Shown here: positions 35,662 to 44,040 of the stretch, in pieces
Layout: each line of letters begins with the position of its first letter
Position numbering within the stretch: position 1 is the first letter of the stretch
Origin: an uncultured delta proteobacterium
GTDB lineage: Bacteria > Desulfobacterota > Desulfobacteria > Desulfobacterales > QNYZ01
DNA length: 64,000 bases
Assembly (NCBI GenBank): GCA_963845145.1
Contig: CAWJQU010000008.1
Location: 480,001 to 544,000 of the forward strand
Direction: 5' to 3'
Translations under genes and position numbers: made by a program
The notes under the pieces: model-generated
Told to the model about the DNA's origin: nothing
Databases searched by the model: none
The model's input: only the letters and a program-made list of their open reading frames with translations

Positions 35662-36744
35662 CTAATGTGTTTGGCTCTGTAATTCCGTCATAACCGCATC
35701 ATGTATCCGGGGCCGAAACGCGCGAATTCGATTATTTTGGCGGCTGGGATGGATTCGATTGGTGCAAAGGATAACAATAATCTCCTGTTCTAAATCCATC
35801 CAAAAGGAAGTTCCGGTGAATCCCAGATGCCCGATCGTTTTTTTTGAAAAGTATTTTCCGCAGGCGGGGCTTGGGCCGGAGGGGACATCAAACCCCAGGG
35901 GTCGAAGACCCTTTTCTCCGGGAGACATAAACCGTCGCATCGATTGGTGTGCCAACACGCCCTCTTCTCGCTGATGAAAAGCATTGAGAAGAAATTGCAA
36001 CAATGAATAAACCGCATCGACCGCCCCGAACAGCCCGGCGTGGCCCTGTAACCCGGCCGTGGCAAAAGCGTTGTCATCGTGAACGCGCCCATTTAATAGA
36101 ATTCCCCGCCAGGGGCAAAGCTCCGTCGCGGCACAGGGCGTATCCGGCGGCATCGGTGCCAGTGAGGGAAAATAAAAGGAGGTGGACAACCCCAAGGGCT
36201 GATAAATCGCTTGCGAAACGTAGCGGCCCATTGGCAACCGGGTTACCTTTTCGATTATCCAGGCCAGGATCATAAACCCAAGATCGCTGTAAGCGGTCAC
36301 TTTGCCGGGTGCGTGGCATAGCGGTTCGTTTAAGAGAAGTTGTTTTAATATTGCCGGGCGTAGCCTCGGGTCATATTTTACGAGTGTTCGAAAGTAGGGA
36401 CGCCAGGCAGGGAGACCGCTCCGATGGGTTAACAGATCCCGAATGCAAAGCCCCCCTTTTTCCGTATGGGTAAAGCGGGGAATGATGGACTTCAGCGGTT
36501 GGTCAAGATCAAGCCGGCCCGCTTGTATCAGTTCCATCAGGGCCAGCGTGGTGGCCAAAGGCTTGGTTAAAGACGCCAGGTCAAACACCGTTTGCAAGCG
36601 CATGGGGGTCCGGTTGAACCGGTTGGCCCAGCCATAAGCCTCAAAATGAACCATCTTTTTTTTTCGAGCCACGAGGAGCACCGCACCCGGAAAGCAATCG
36701 GTGTCAAGGGCTTGCGCCATTAGCTTGTGGGTACGGTTTAGCAT
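35662..36744 (-). CDS. Serine hydrolase, beta-lactamase class C/AmiE-like family
   Basis: FDLASLTK (SxxK), LLTHRSG, YSDLG, GHLGFTG. Confidence 0.88.
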   Translation of the reverse strand: MLNRTHKLMAQALDTDCFPGAVLLVARKKKMVHFEAYGWANRFNRTPMRLQTVFDLASLTKPLATTLALMELIQAGRLDLDQPLKSIIPRFTHTEKGGLCIRDLLTHRSGLPAWRPYFRTLVKYDPRLRPAILKQLLLNEPLCHAPGKVTAYSDLGFMILAWIIEKVTRLPMGRYVSQAIYQPLGLSTSFYFPSLAPMPPDTPCAATELCPWRGILLNGRVHDDNAFATAGLQGHAGLFGAVDAVYSLLQFLLNAFHQREEGVLAHQSMRRFMSPGEKGLRPLGFDVPSGPSPACGKYFSKKTIGHLGFTGTSFWMDLEQEIIVILCTNRIHPSRQNNRIRAFRPRIHDAVMTELQSQTH

Positions 36745-37664
36745 CGTAACAATGGAGAAACCGCCGCTTCTTGGTACGAAAGGCGACCGGTATCCGTGGA
36801 TAATCGGGCCGTAAGCCCGATGGGAAGCGTCAGATTGGTTTGTTCATGGCCGATGTCAAACCCACCCATGATGGGAATATCCCGATCCTTAAAACAATCC
36901 GCAACAATCTTCGCTATGTCCGATGACGCCCCACAATCGGTAAAACACCCCAACATAAGCCCGGCAATTCCGTCCAGGCATCCGGAAAGCCGCATCTGGG
37001 TTAACATGCGGTCAATTCGATAGGGCGTTTCACCACAGTCTTCAATAAAAAGGATGTGCCCGTCATAGTCCGGCATAAAAGGCGTTCCCATCAGATGCGA
37101 CAAGAGGGTCAGATTCCCCCCGATGACAGGCCCCACACTTTCGCCCGGATGGACGACAAATCCATTGGTTGGCGCAATCTCCATCTCTTTATCGCCAGTA
37201 ATTACTTTAGTCAGGGAGGCCAGGGTGAACGTCGATCCTTCCCCCAGCGACGTAATGACCGGCCCATGATAGGTGACCAGGGCACACCGTTGGTAGAGCG
37301 TTAGTAAAAGGGCCGTAATGTCGCTGAAACCGATAAATATTTTTGGATTTTGACCAATGGCCGCGTAATCAAGCAACGGCAAAATTCGCATCGCCCCATA
37401 TCCCCCCCTGGCACACCAAACCGCATCAATGGAAGGATCGGTAAAAAAGCGCATGAATATTTCAGTGCGATGGGTATCGCTCCCGGCCAGGTAGCCATTA
37501 CGCGTTGCCAGCCCGGCAGGAATGACCGGTTCATAACCTTGACGTTCCAATACCTTGATTCCCTTTTCAAATCGCTCAGGATCGAAGGGCCCCGCCGGAG
37601 CAACAATGCCTATCCGGCTTCCGGGATGCAAGGCTTTGGGTCGTTTTAGGTTTATGCGGGACAT
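36738..37664 (-). CDS. ldcA: LD-carboxypeptidase (peptidase S66)
   Basis: ARGGYG, GFSDIT (Ser), GGNL, FIED (Glu), IGH (His); start uncertain (37664-37718). Confidence 0.9.
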   Translation of the reverse strand: MSRINLKRPKALHPGSRIGIVAPAGPFDPERFEKGIKVLERQGYEPVIPAGLATRNGYLAGSDTHRTEIFMRFFTDPSIDAVWCARGGYGAMRILPLLDYAAIGQNPKIFIGFSDITALLLTLYQRCALVTYHGPVITSLGEGSTFTLASLTKVITGDKEMEIAPTNGFVVHPGESVGPVIGGNLTLLSHLMGTPFMPDYDGHILFIEDCGETPYRIDRMLTQMRLSGCLDGIAGLMLGCFTDCGASSDIAKIVADCFKDRDIPIMGGFDIGHEQTNLTLPIGLTARLSTDTGRLSYQEAAVSPLLRC

Positions 37665-37769
37665 GATGATTCTAAAAGACGGTAACGCCGTGAACCGGCT
37701 ATTATTTTCGATCCCCAACTGAATTTTAACTTTGCCATTTTTTTATTCCCGTATTTGAATGTACGTTAC

Positions 37770-37798
37770 TTGACACGATTAAAACGAAATGATAGCAA
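37770..37798 (+). promoter_or_regulatory. Putative sigma70 promoter for tRNA-Pro/tRNA-Arg
   Basis: TTGACA-17 nt-TAGCAA with an extended -10 TG. Confidence 0.5.
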
Positions 37799-37814
37799 CG
37801 AGATCCTAATCGGT

Positions 37815-37891
<77 letters not shown>

Positions 37892-37974
37892 GTTACAATA
37901 TCTGATGGCCTTCACCTCGTTCCGGCGACTAACGCCATGCACGCGTATTCCGGCTTTTTCTCAAGATCATCGAC

Positions 37975-38049
37975 GCCCCCGTAGCTCAGTGGATAGAGCA
38001 TTGGATTCCTAATCCATGTGCGCAAGTTCGATTCTTGCCGGGGGCACCA
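37975..38049 (+). tRNA. tRNA-Arg(CCT)
   Basis: GCCCCCG/CGGGGGC acceptor, anticodon loop TTCCTAA, GTTCGATTC, CCA. Confidence 0.95.
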
Positions 38050-38177
38050 TCTTATTTAATGCTCCATCTATTCCCCGAGAGAAACCATTACATTTAAAGC
38101 GCTATATACCTGCCCCTGTCCGATAATAACAATCAGGATTAAATGTTAATAAAAGTGGTCGCCGTAGGTTACATCGA

Positions 38178-38801
38178 TCATATTTTTTTTAATCTGCCTA
38201 ACGATCCAATAAGGGGTTCTTCGTAAAAAAGCTTGGTGTCTATTGCCTCCCGATATATGCGGTAGGGAGCCTGACCGCCTTGGGAAGGATCCGGATAGAT
38301 ATCATGAATTAATAGATACCCGCCGGACAAGATATGGGTGTGCCACCCATCAAAATCGGTTTTGACAGCCTGATAGGAATGACCGCCATCGATGAAAACA
38401 AGGCCAAGAGGTGTTTTCCAAGTCCTCGAAGCCACTTTCGAGGGGCAAACCAGGGGGACCACTGTATTTTCCAAACCGGCGGTTGCTAATGTTCGTCTGA
38501 AACTCGGGAAGGTATCAATGCAAAAGGCGCCACTGTCAAACAGGGTCGGATCGAAATATTGCTCGCCGGGTTGCTGTTCTTCAGAACCGCGATGATGGTC
38601 GACCGAAAAAAGTACATTGCCGGTTTCCCGGCAAGCCGTTCCCAGGTAGAGGGCCGATTTACCACAATAGCTACCCACCTCAAGGCAGGGTCCCAAGCGG
38701 GAGGCCGCCAGCGCACAACGATAAAGGGCCTGCCCCTCAGCTTCGTCAAGAAATCCCTTGATATCGCCAAAAGCTGGGTCATCGCCTTGAATGGCCATCA
38801 T
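38178..38801 (-). CDS. Class I SAM-dependent methyltransferase (Methyltransf_24-like)
   Basis: LEVGSYCGKS, DHHRGSEE, FIDGGH, IHD; ATGA overlap with ftsK. Confidence 0.88.
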   Translation of the reverse strand: MMAIQGDDPAFGDIKGFLDEAEGQALYRCALAASRLGPCLEVGSYCGKSALYLGTACRETGNVLFSVDHHRGSEEQQPGEQYFDPTLFDSGAFCIDTFPSFRRTLATAGLENTVVPLVCPSKVASRTWKTPLGLVFIDGGHSYQAVKTDFDGWHTHILSGGYLLIHDIYPDPSQGGQAPYRIYREAIDTKLFYEEPLIGSLGRLKKI

Positions 38802-40954
38802 GGTATGTCGTCGTAACCGCGCACCAAGACCTCTCTTGGTTTGGATCCGTCTGCGGGCCCCACGACACCCTCTTTTTCCATCATTTCAATGATTCGTGCC
38901 GCGCGATTGTATCCGATCCGCAAATGCCGCTGGACCTTGGATATCGATGCCTGGCGCGTTTGCGTCACCAGTGCAACGGCATCGTCATACCGTTCATCCT
39001 GATCTTCCGGGGCCTCTTCATCCACCTTAGCCGGTTGCGCCTGGGTTACTTCACGGTTAAAATCGGGTTTTTGCTGTTCCTTAAGAAATGAGGTAATTCG
39101 TGCCACCTCGGCTTCGGAGATATACGCCCCATGGACGCGTTGAAGCCTGGCGACGCCCGGCGGCAAAAACAGCATGTCTCCGTTGCCGAGCAAACTCTCA
39201 GCGCCATTGCCGTCAATAATCGTGCGTGAATCGGTCCGTGACGATACCTGAAAGGAGAGCCGCGTGGGAAAGTTGGCCTTGATAATACCGGTGAGCACAT
39301 CAACCGACGGTCGCTGGGTGGCGAGTATCAGGTGGATTCCCGCCGCCCGAGCCATTTGAGCAATCCGCATCAGGGATGTCTCCACATCCCGGGTAGCCAC
39401 CATCATGAGGTCGGCCAGTTCGTCGATAATAATGACGATATAGGGCAGTTTTTTAGGGGTGTCATCCTCACCCGATTCTTTTGTCTCCTGATTCTCGGCT
39501 TTCGCCATTTTATTGTTGTACTGAACTATGTTACGCACATTTTGCTCAGACAAAAGCTGGTAACGATTTTCCATCTCTTTGACGGCCCAGAAGAGGGCAT
39601 TGGTCGCCTTTTTGGCATCCGTTACGACCGGGGTGATTAAATGGGGGATTTGATTATAGGGCGACAGTTCGATCCGCTTGGGATCGATAAGAATCAATTT
39701 AACCTCATCCGGGGTCGACTTATACAACAGGCTGCACAGCATGGCGTTTAGCCCAACGCTTTTCCCGGTCCCGGTGGCCCCGGCAATAAGCAAATGGGGC
39801 ATTTTATCCAGTTGGGTCACCACCGGATCACCGACAATATCTTTTCCCAAACAGAGCGTCAGCTTAGATTTTGAGTTTCGAAACGCATCGGAATCAACAA
39901 TATCCTTAAACTGGACCACATCGCGTTCGGAATTGGCGACTTCGATTCCAATGGCCGCTTTTCCCGGTATCGGCCCCACAATCCGAACACTCACCGCCCG
40001 CAGGGCAAGCGACAGGTCATCAGCCAGGTTCATCACCTTGGTAATTTTGACGCCCGGGGCCGGTTTGTATTCGAATGTGGTAATGACCGGACCGGGTAGA
40101 ACGGTGGTCACCCGGCCGTTAACATTAAAATCAGCTAGTTTTTTCTCAAGCAGCCCAGATTTTACCCGCAGATTTTCCTCATCTGCCGGGGTTTGCACGA
40201 TAGAAGAGTCTTCGAGAAAATTGACGGAAGGCAATTGGTAGCCCTCCCCCTGTTTCATAAATTCAAACACTTGTTGGGTGGGTACCGATGGTTTTTTAGG
40301 CGGTGGCGGTTTGGGGGGCGCAATCCGCACTTTCCGTGGCGGCGCCTGGCGCTTGGCTTTCTGCTTTACTGCTTTGGAACGCTTCCTGGCTTTTTTTCGT
40401 CGCTCCACCCACTTGATTAAACGATCCTGACCGCTGACAGAGGATCGCCACATGTATTGTGTAAAGGCAATCAGGGATAGCCGCGTCATCATGATCAACC
40501 CGATGATCCACAGCACCAGCAGAACAATAAGGGCACCGGCAAAATTGGAATATTTGAGTAATATTATTTTTAGCGGAATCCCGACGATACCACCCGATGA
40601 AAATTGGCTGGAAAAAAGCGGCAGGGTATTGCCTTTAAGGGCCAGCAAAGCCCCTGTGGCGATCATCAGAATCATACCCCCGGTCACGGTTATCAGGATG
40701 TTTTTTCCGGTTCGCCCACTTAAAAAATGAATGCTGGTCAACAAGAGTAAAACAGGAATCCAAAAGGCGCCCAGACCAAACAGGCCGACGAGAAAGCCGG
40801 CCAGATGTGCGCCTATCAGTCCGAACAGATTATGAATCGGTTTGGCCGTACCGACATGATGAAAAGAGGGATCCAAAGGACTATATGAGACCAGGCTCAC
40901 GAGGGTAAAGATGAGCAGGAGAAAAAATAATATGCCGAAAATTTCTTTACGCAT
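38798..40954 (-). CDS. ftsK: DNA translocase FtsK
   Basis: N-terminal TM domain, AGATGTGKS, IIDELADLMM, ATQRPSVDV, gamma domain IGYNRAARIIE. Confidence 0.97.
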   Translation of the reverse strand: MRKEIFGILFFLLLIFTLVSLVSYSPLDPSFHHVGTAKPIHNLFGLIGAHLAGFLVGLFGLGAFWIPVLLLLTSIHFLSGRTGKNILITVTGGMILMIATGALLALKGNTLPLFSSQFSSGGIVGIPLKIILLKYSNFAGALIVLLVLWIIGLIMMTRLSLIAFTQYMWRSSVSGQDRLIKWVERRKKARKRSKAVKQKAKRQAPPRKVRIAPPKPPPPKKPSVPTQQVFEFMKQGEGYQLPSVNFLEDSSIVQTPADEENLRVKSGLLEKKLADFNVNGRVTTVLPGPVITTFEYKPAPGVKITKVMNLADDLSLALRAVSVRIVGPIPGKAAIGIEVANSERDVVQFKDIVDSDAFRNSKSKLTLCLGKDIVGDPVVTQLDKMPHLLIAGATGTGKSVGLNAMLCSLLYKSTPDEVKLILIDPKRIELSPYNQIPHLITPVVTDAKKATNALFWAVKEMENRYQLLSEQNVRNIVQYNNKMAKAENQETKESGEDDTPKKLPYIVIIIDELADLMMVATRDVETSLMRIAQMARAAGIHLILATQRPSVDVLTGIIKANFPTRLSFQVSSRTDSRTIIDGNGAESLLGNGDMLFLPPGVARLQRVHGAYISEAEVARITSFLKEQQKPDFNREVTQAQPAKVDEEAPEDQDERYDDAVALVTQTRQASISKVQRHLRIGYNRAARIIEMMEKEGVVGPADGSKPREVLVRGYDDIP

Positions 40955-41012
40955 TACATCGCCGAGTTAAAAAATAGAGCAGCGCCGGTAGGATGAACCG
41001 CCGAACGTTTTT

Positions 41013-41040
41013 CCTGAATCGTAGCACCTGAATCGAACCA
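41013..41040. repeat. 14-bp imperfect tandem duplication
   Basis: CCTGAATCGTAGCA / CCTGAATCGAACCA. Confidence 0.6.
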
Positions 41041-41052
41041 ACTGGCCCCTGA

Positions 41053-41760
41053 TCATCTCTCATTCGAAAGCTCTTTTTGAAACGTGTGGTAAACGATTTT
41101 CAATAAATCGTCTTTATTCTTTCGCGTATATTTCGATGAGTCGACGGGCATCTTGATATCCACCGTCACGGGCCTCGGTATAATTCGAAAAGTATGTTTT
41201 GGCATAATCGCTCCCGTGCCGTGAATAACCATCGGCACAATGGAAACCCCCGAATCAACCGCCAGAACGAACCCCCCTTTTTTGAAGGGTAAAATGCGAC
41301 CATCCGGGCTTCGCGTCCCTTCGGGAAAGATGAGCACCGAAACCCCCGACCTGATCTTTTCAGCTGCGATCTGAAGACTCTTAAAAGCCGCCTTACGATC
41401 AGACCGGTCGATGCTGATATACCCGACACGCCGCATGGCATACCCGAACAGGGGGATTCGAAACAACTCCGCCTTGGCTAACCATCGAAATTGATGGGGC
41501 AAATACCCCAGAACCACAGGTATATCGAACATACTTTGATGATTCACCATAAAAATGTAAGAGCGATCGGCATCAATGTTCGATAAACCCGATACCGTCA
41601 CCTTTACACGGCTGACCCATAAAATGGATCTGCCCCAGAAACCCGCAATGCGATGGCTTAAGTCACCATTCCGTGAAAAAAAAGAAGCCATAATCGTGGC
41701 AAGGCTAAAAACCACTGTGGCCAAAACAGTCCAAATTATCACGGTTACGGTTCGAATCAT
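41053..41760 (-). CDS. plsC: 1-acyl-sn-glycerol-3-phosphate acyltransferase
   Basis: NHQSMFD (HxxxxD), FPEGTRS, FKKGGF. Confidence 0.92.
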   Translation of the reverse strand: MIRTVTVIIWTVLATVVFSLATIMASFFSRNGDLSHRIAGFWGRSILWVSRVKVTVSGLSNIDADRSYIFMVNHQSMFDIPVVLGYLPHQFRWLAKAELFRIPLFGYAMRRVGYISIDRSDRKAAFKSLQIAAEKIRSGVSVLIFPEGTRSPDGRILPFKKGGFVLAVDSGVSIVPMVIHGTGAIMPKHTFRIIPRPVTVDIKMPVDSSKYTRKNKDDLLKIVYHTFQKELSNER

Positions 41761-41777
41761 GGCATCGAAAGCGTCTT

Positions 41778-42110
41778 TTAGGTTAAAATGGCAAGTTTTT
41801 TTAAGATGGCCTCCATCTGATCGATGGCCCATTCGCGTTGGCGCTGATCGGCATAGGCGATACAATCACAACCAAGTCGATGGCTCGAGCGAACCAATAT
41901 TTCACAACACAAGGACGTTTTAGTCAACTCGACGGCAAAATAATAGGGGTGACACTCGGTATGTTCTTTTTGAATATCGTTTAACAGATCTTCGGTTAAA
42001 AATAACCAGAAAATACTGTCCACCCCAGACGGATGCAAATGATTTTTTAAAAAATCCTTTAGTTTGGACAGATCCGCCGATTGCAATTCATCGATAACAT
42101 ATTTTTTCAT
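41778..42110 (-). CDS. Hypothetical protein
   Basis: Compact 110-aa ORF (MKKYVIDEL...HTECHPYYF...CDCIAYA) co-oriented with and directly upstream of plsC. Confidence 0.7.
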   Translation of the reverse strand: MKKYVIDELQSADLSKLKDFLKNHLHPSGVDSIFWLFLTEDLLNDIQKEHTECHPYYFAVELTKTSLCCEILVRSSHRLGCDCIAYADQRQREWAIDQMEAILKKLAILT

Positions 42111-42320
42111 GGGGACAGCCACTACCACAGTTCAATGGGTGGTGCAAGCGGCGTTGGTCGATCATCAGAGGCTGAATCCCAATTGATTTTTTGGTTGAAA
42201 ATTTAGGTTCAAAAGGGGCAAAACAAGCTCATCGGTAGAGGGTTCTGTTGATAATGTAAAATAGATCGGGACACAGATCAAGGCAGGGAAACAATCATGG
42301 CATCAGCCATCCAACTTGGC

Positions 42321-42398
42321 TTACGGGCATGGTTTATGGGCACGGTTTACGGGGAAACCTGTTTTGTAACACGTGAGCTTCTGCAACACGTGCGCCAA
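42321..42398. repeat. Two adjacent short tandem repeats (13-bp and 17-bp units)
   Basis: TTACGGGCATGGT/TTATGGGCACGGT/TTACGGG, then TGTAACACGTGAGCTTC/TGCAACACGTGCGCCAA. Confidence 0.6.
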
Positions 42399-42439
42399 AG
42401 GGCGGGGATGGAAACAACAACGGATTATTATTATGGCAA

Positions 42440-42474
42440 TTCTCCGATCTTCATTTTGGGTGAAGATCGGAGAA
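42440..42474 (-). terminator. Strong hairpin just downstream of the ferredoxin gene
   Basis: TTCTCCGATCTTCA-7 nt-TGAAGATCGGAGAA perfect 14-bp stem; the U tract is weak, so it may be a stabiliser instead. Confidence 0.6.
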
Positions 42475-42485
42475 ATGGATCGTAA

Positions 42486-42674
42486 TTAGACTTCCTCTAC
42501 AGTGATGGCTTCTTCTTCACACACTTCAACACAGCTTTCACAACCCAGGCACTCTTCTGCGTTGACAGGCTGTGATTTCTCGTCCACCATTTCGAACACT
42601 TCGACGGGACATACATCGACGCATTCTTCACAACCAACACATTTTCCCTCGTCTACGGTAACATTGAAAGACAT
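42486..42674 (-). CDS. 2x[4Fe-4S] ferredoxin
   Basis: CVGCEECVDVCP and CLGCESCVEVC; acidic 62 aa; AAGGAGG RBS. Confidence 0.96.
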   Translation of the reverse strand: MSFNVTVDEGKCVGCEECVDVCPVEVFEMVDEKSQPVNAEECLGCESCVEVCEEEAITVEEV

Positions 42675-42880
42675 TGTAAAATGGCCTCCTTTCGTAAGTG
42701 TTTATCGCTTCTTTATCTCAAGATATACAAAACGGCCAACCGAGACCGTCATATCCATACCGACGCTCCCATATACCAATTACTATGCCGCGTCAAGTCC
42801 TACCCGATCCTTTTCCAAATTTTAAATCCATGGGGCATAAAACTCAAATTAGGTCTATTATTTCAATGAATTATTAACAT

Positions 42881-43915
42881 TTATTCGTTTTTTACACATG
42901 CCAATATGGTGGTTTGCTCGTGTTTCATATCACCAAAATTTTGTTGGATAATATTCGTGTTGCCGGTGGCATGGCTAAACCATTGAGGCGGTGATTGATT
43001 GGCATAATACACGGTCAGGGAAACCGTTGGTGCTTCTGATCGAAGTGGTGGTGGTTGGGGCGCTGGGGTGGCTTTTGAAGACCCGTTACGGTTAACCAAA
43101 TCAGACAACCACCGGCCGAGATCATTCCGCCACTGGCGCGCCTCAGAATCCTTCCGAGCATGTGTGGAAATTTGAGAAAACACAACGACCGGTTCAAGGT
43201 CAGGGATTGCAAAGAGCAACTGCTCCTCAATGGCCGGGCTGGTCGTGACAAATGTATTGGGGGCTGTTCCGGCAGATGGCGAGGCCTGTGCAGATATAAA
43301 GCACAACCAGGCCGCCATGCGTTCGGGTAACATATAGGACCGATCGGTATCATTATCAACATTCGTAAGGGGTGATGGTTGGTCATGGATATCATCAGAA
43401 GTGGCATGTAATTCCTGTTGGAAACGATGCGCAATTGACTCGACAACGTCCAGGTCACGCCGTAAGGTTTGGTTGCGCTCGTCGAATTCCTGCGCGATTT
43501 GAAGAAAGACACGGCTTTGAAGTATCCATTCTGATTGGGGATCGGTTTTATCGGTTACATCAGCGTTAGCCACATCAGAGTTTTGGGGGTATCTCTTCAT
43601 TTGGTCGAGCAACCGGAAGACGGAAGATTCATCATTGTAAAAAGTACCTGAATTGACCCCAAGGTTCTGCCGCAAATGACCCGGCCCGTGCAAGTTCGCC
43701 CACATATCCAAAGATTTTAAAATTTTTTCCAAAAGCGCGTCCCGCTTTTCAAACGGATACGCCAAAGATATCAGTCCCTTGTCATCCAGGGACAGCATGG
43801 ACCCCGGAACCTGTAGCCTGGAAGGCAAACAGACAGTACACCGGCCGAAACAAGCCGCCAAACCGCTCGCTTCCCTTTCGGATAGAAAAGTGAAGGGAAA
43901 AAGTATGGGATTCAT
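42881..43915 (-). CDS. Hypothetical protein (344 aa)
   Basis: Long intact ORF with an AAGGA-type RBS; no motif recognised. Confidence 0.75.
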   Translation of the reverse strand: MNPILFPFTFLSEREASGLAACFGRCTVCLPSRLQVPGSMLSLDDKGLISLAYPFEKRDALLEKILKSLDMWANLHGPGHLRQNLGVNSGTFYNDESSVFRLLDQMKRYPQNSDVANADVTDKTDPQSEWILQSRVFLQIAQEFDERNQTLRRDLDVVESIAHRFQQELHATSDDIHDQPSPLTNVDNDTDRSYMLPERMAAWLCFISAQASPSAGTAPNTFVTTSPAIEEQLLFAIPDLEPVVVFSQISTHARKDSEARQWRNDLGRWLSDLVNRNGSSKATPAPQPPPLRSEAPTVSLTVYYANQSPPQWFSHATGNTNIIQQNFGDMKHEQTTILACVKNE

Positions 43916-43976
43916 CCTTAAATCCTTTATTCAATTTTGAAATTAAGCTTCCAAAAAAACCCCGTCCATGTCTTTT

Positions 43977-44040
43977 TTAATCAAATCCCGATTAATAAAA
44001 CCTATGTTAATCAAATCGGGTCAATCAAATCGGGTTAATC
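43977..44040. repeat. 14/15-bp degenerate tandem repeat, about 4.5 copies
   Basis: TTAATCAAATCCCG, TTAATAAAACCTATG, TTAATCAAATCGGG, TCAATCAAATCGGG, TTAATC. Confidence 0.7.

Noticed and set aside
35662..36744. Beta-lactamase resistance gene
   Set aside because: General SxxK serine hydrolase family; coupling to ldcA and the mre operon favours peptidoglycan recycling.
42297..42485. 62-aa plus-strand ORF between the hypothetical gene and ferredoxin
   Set aside because: Runs through short tandem repeats and the hairpin; no recognisable protein features.
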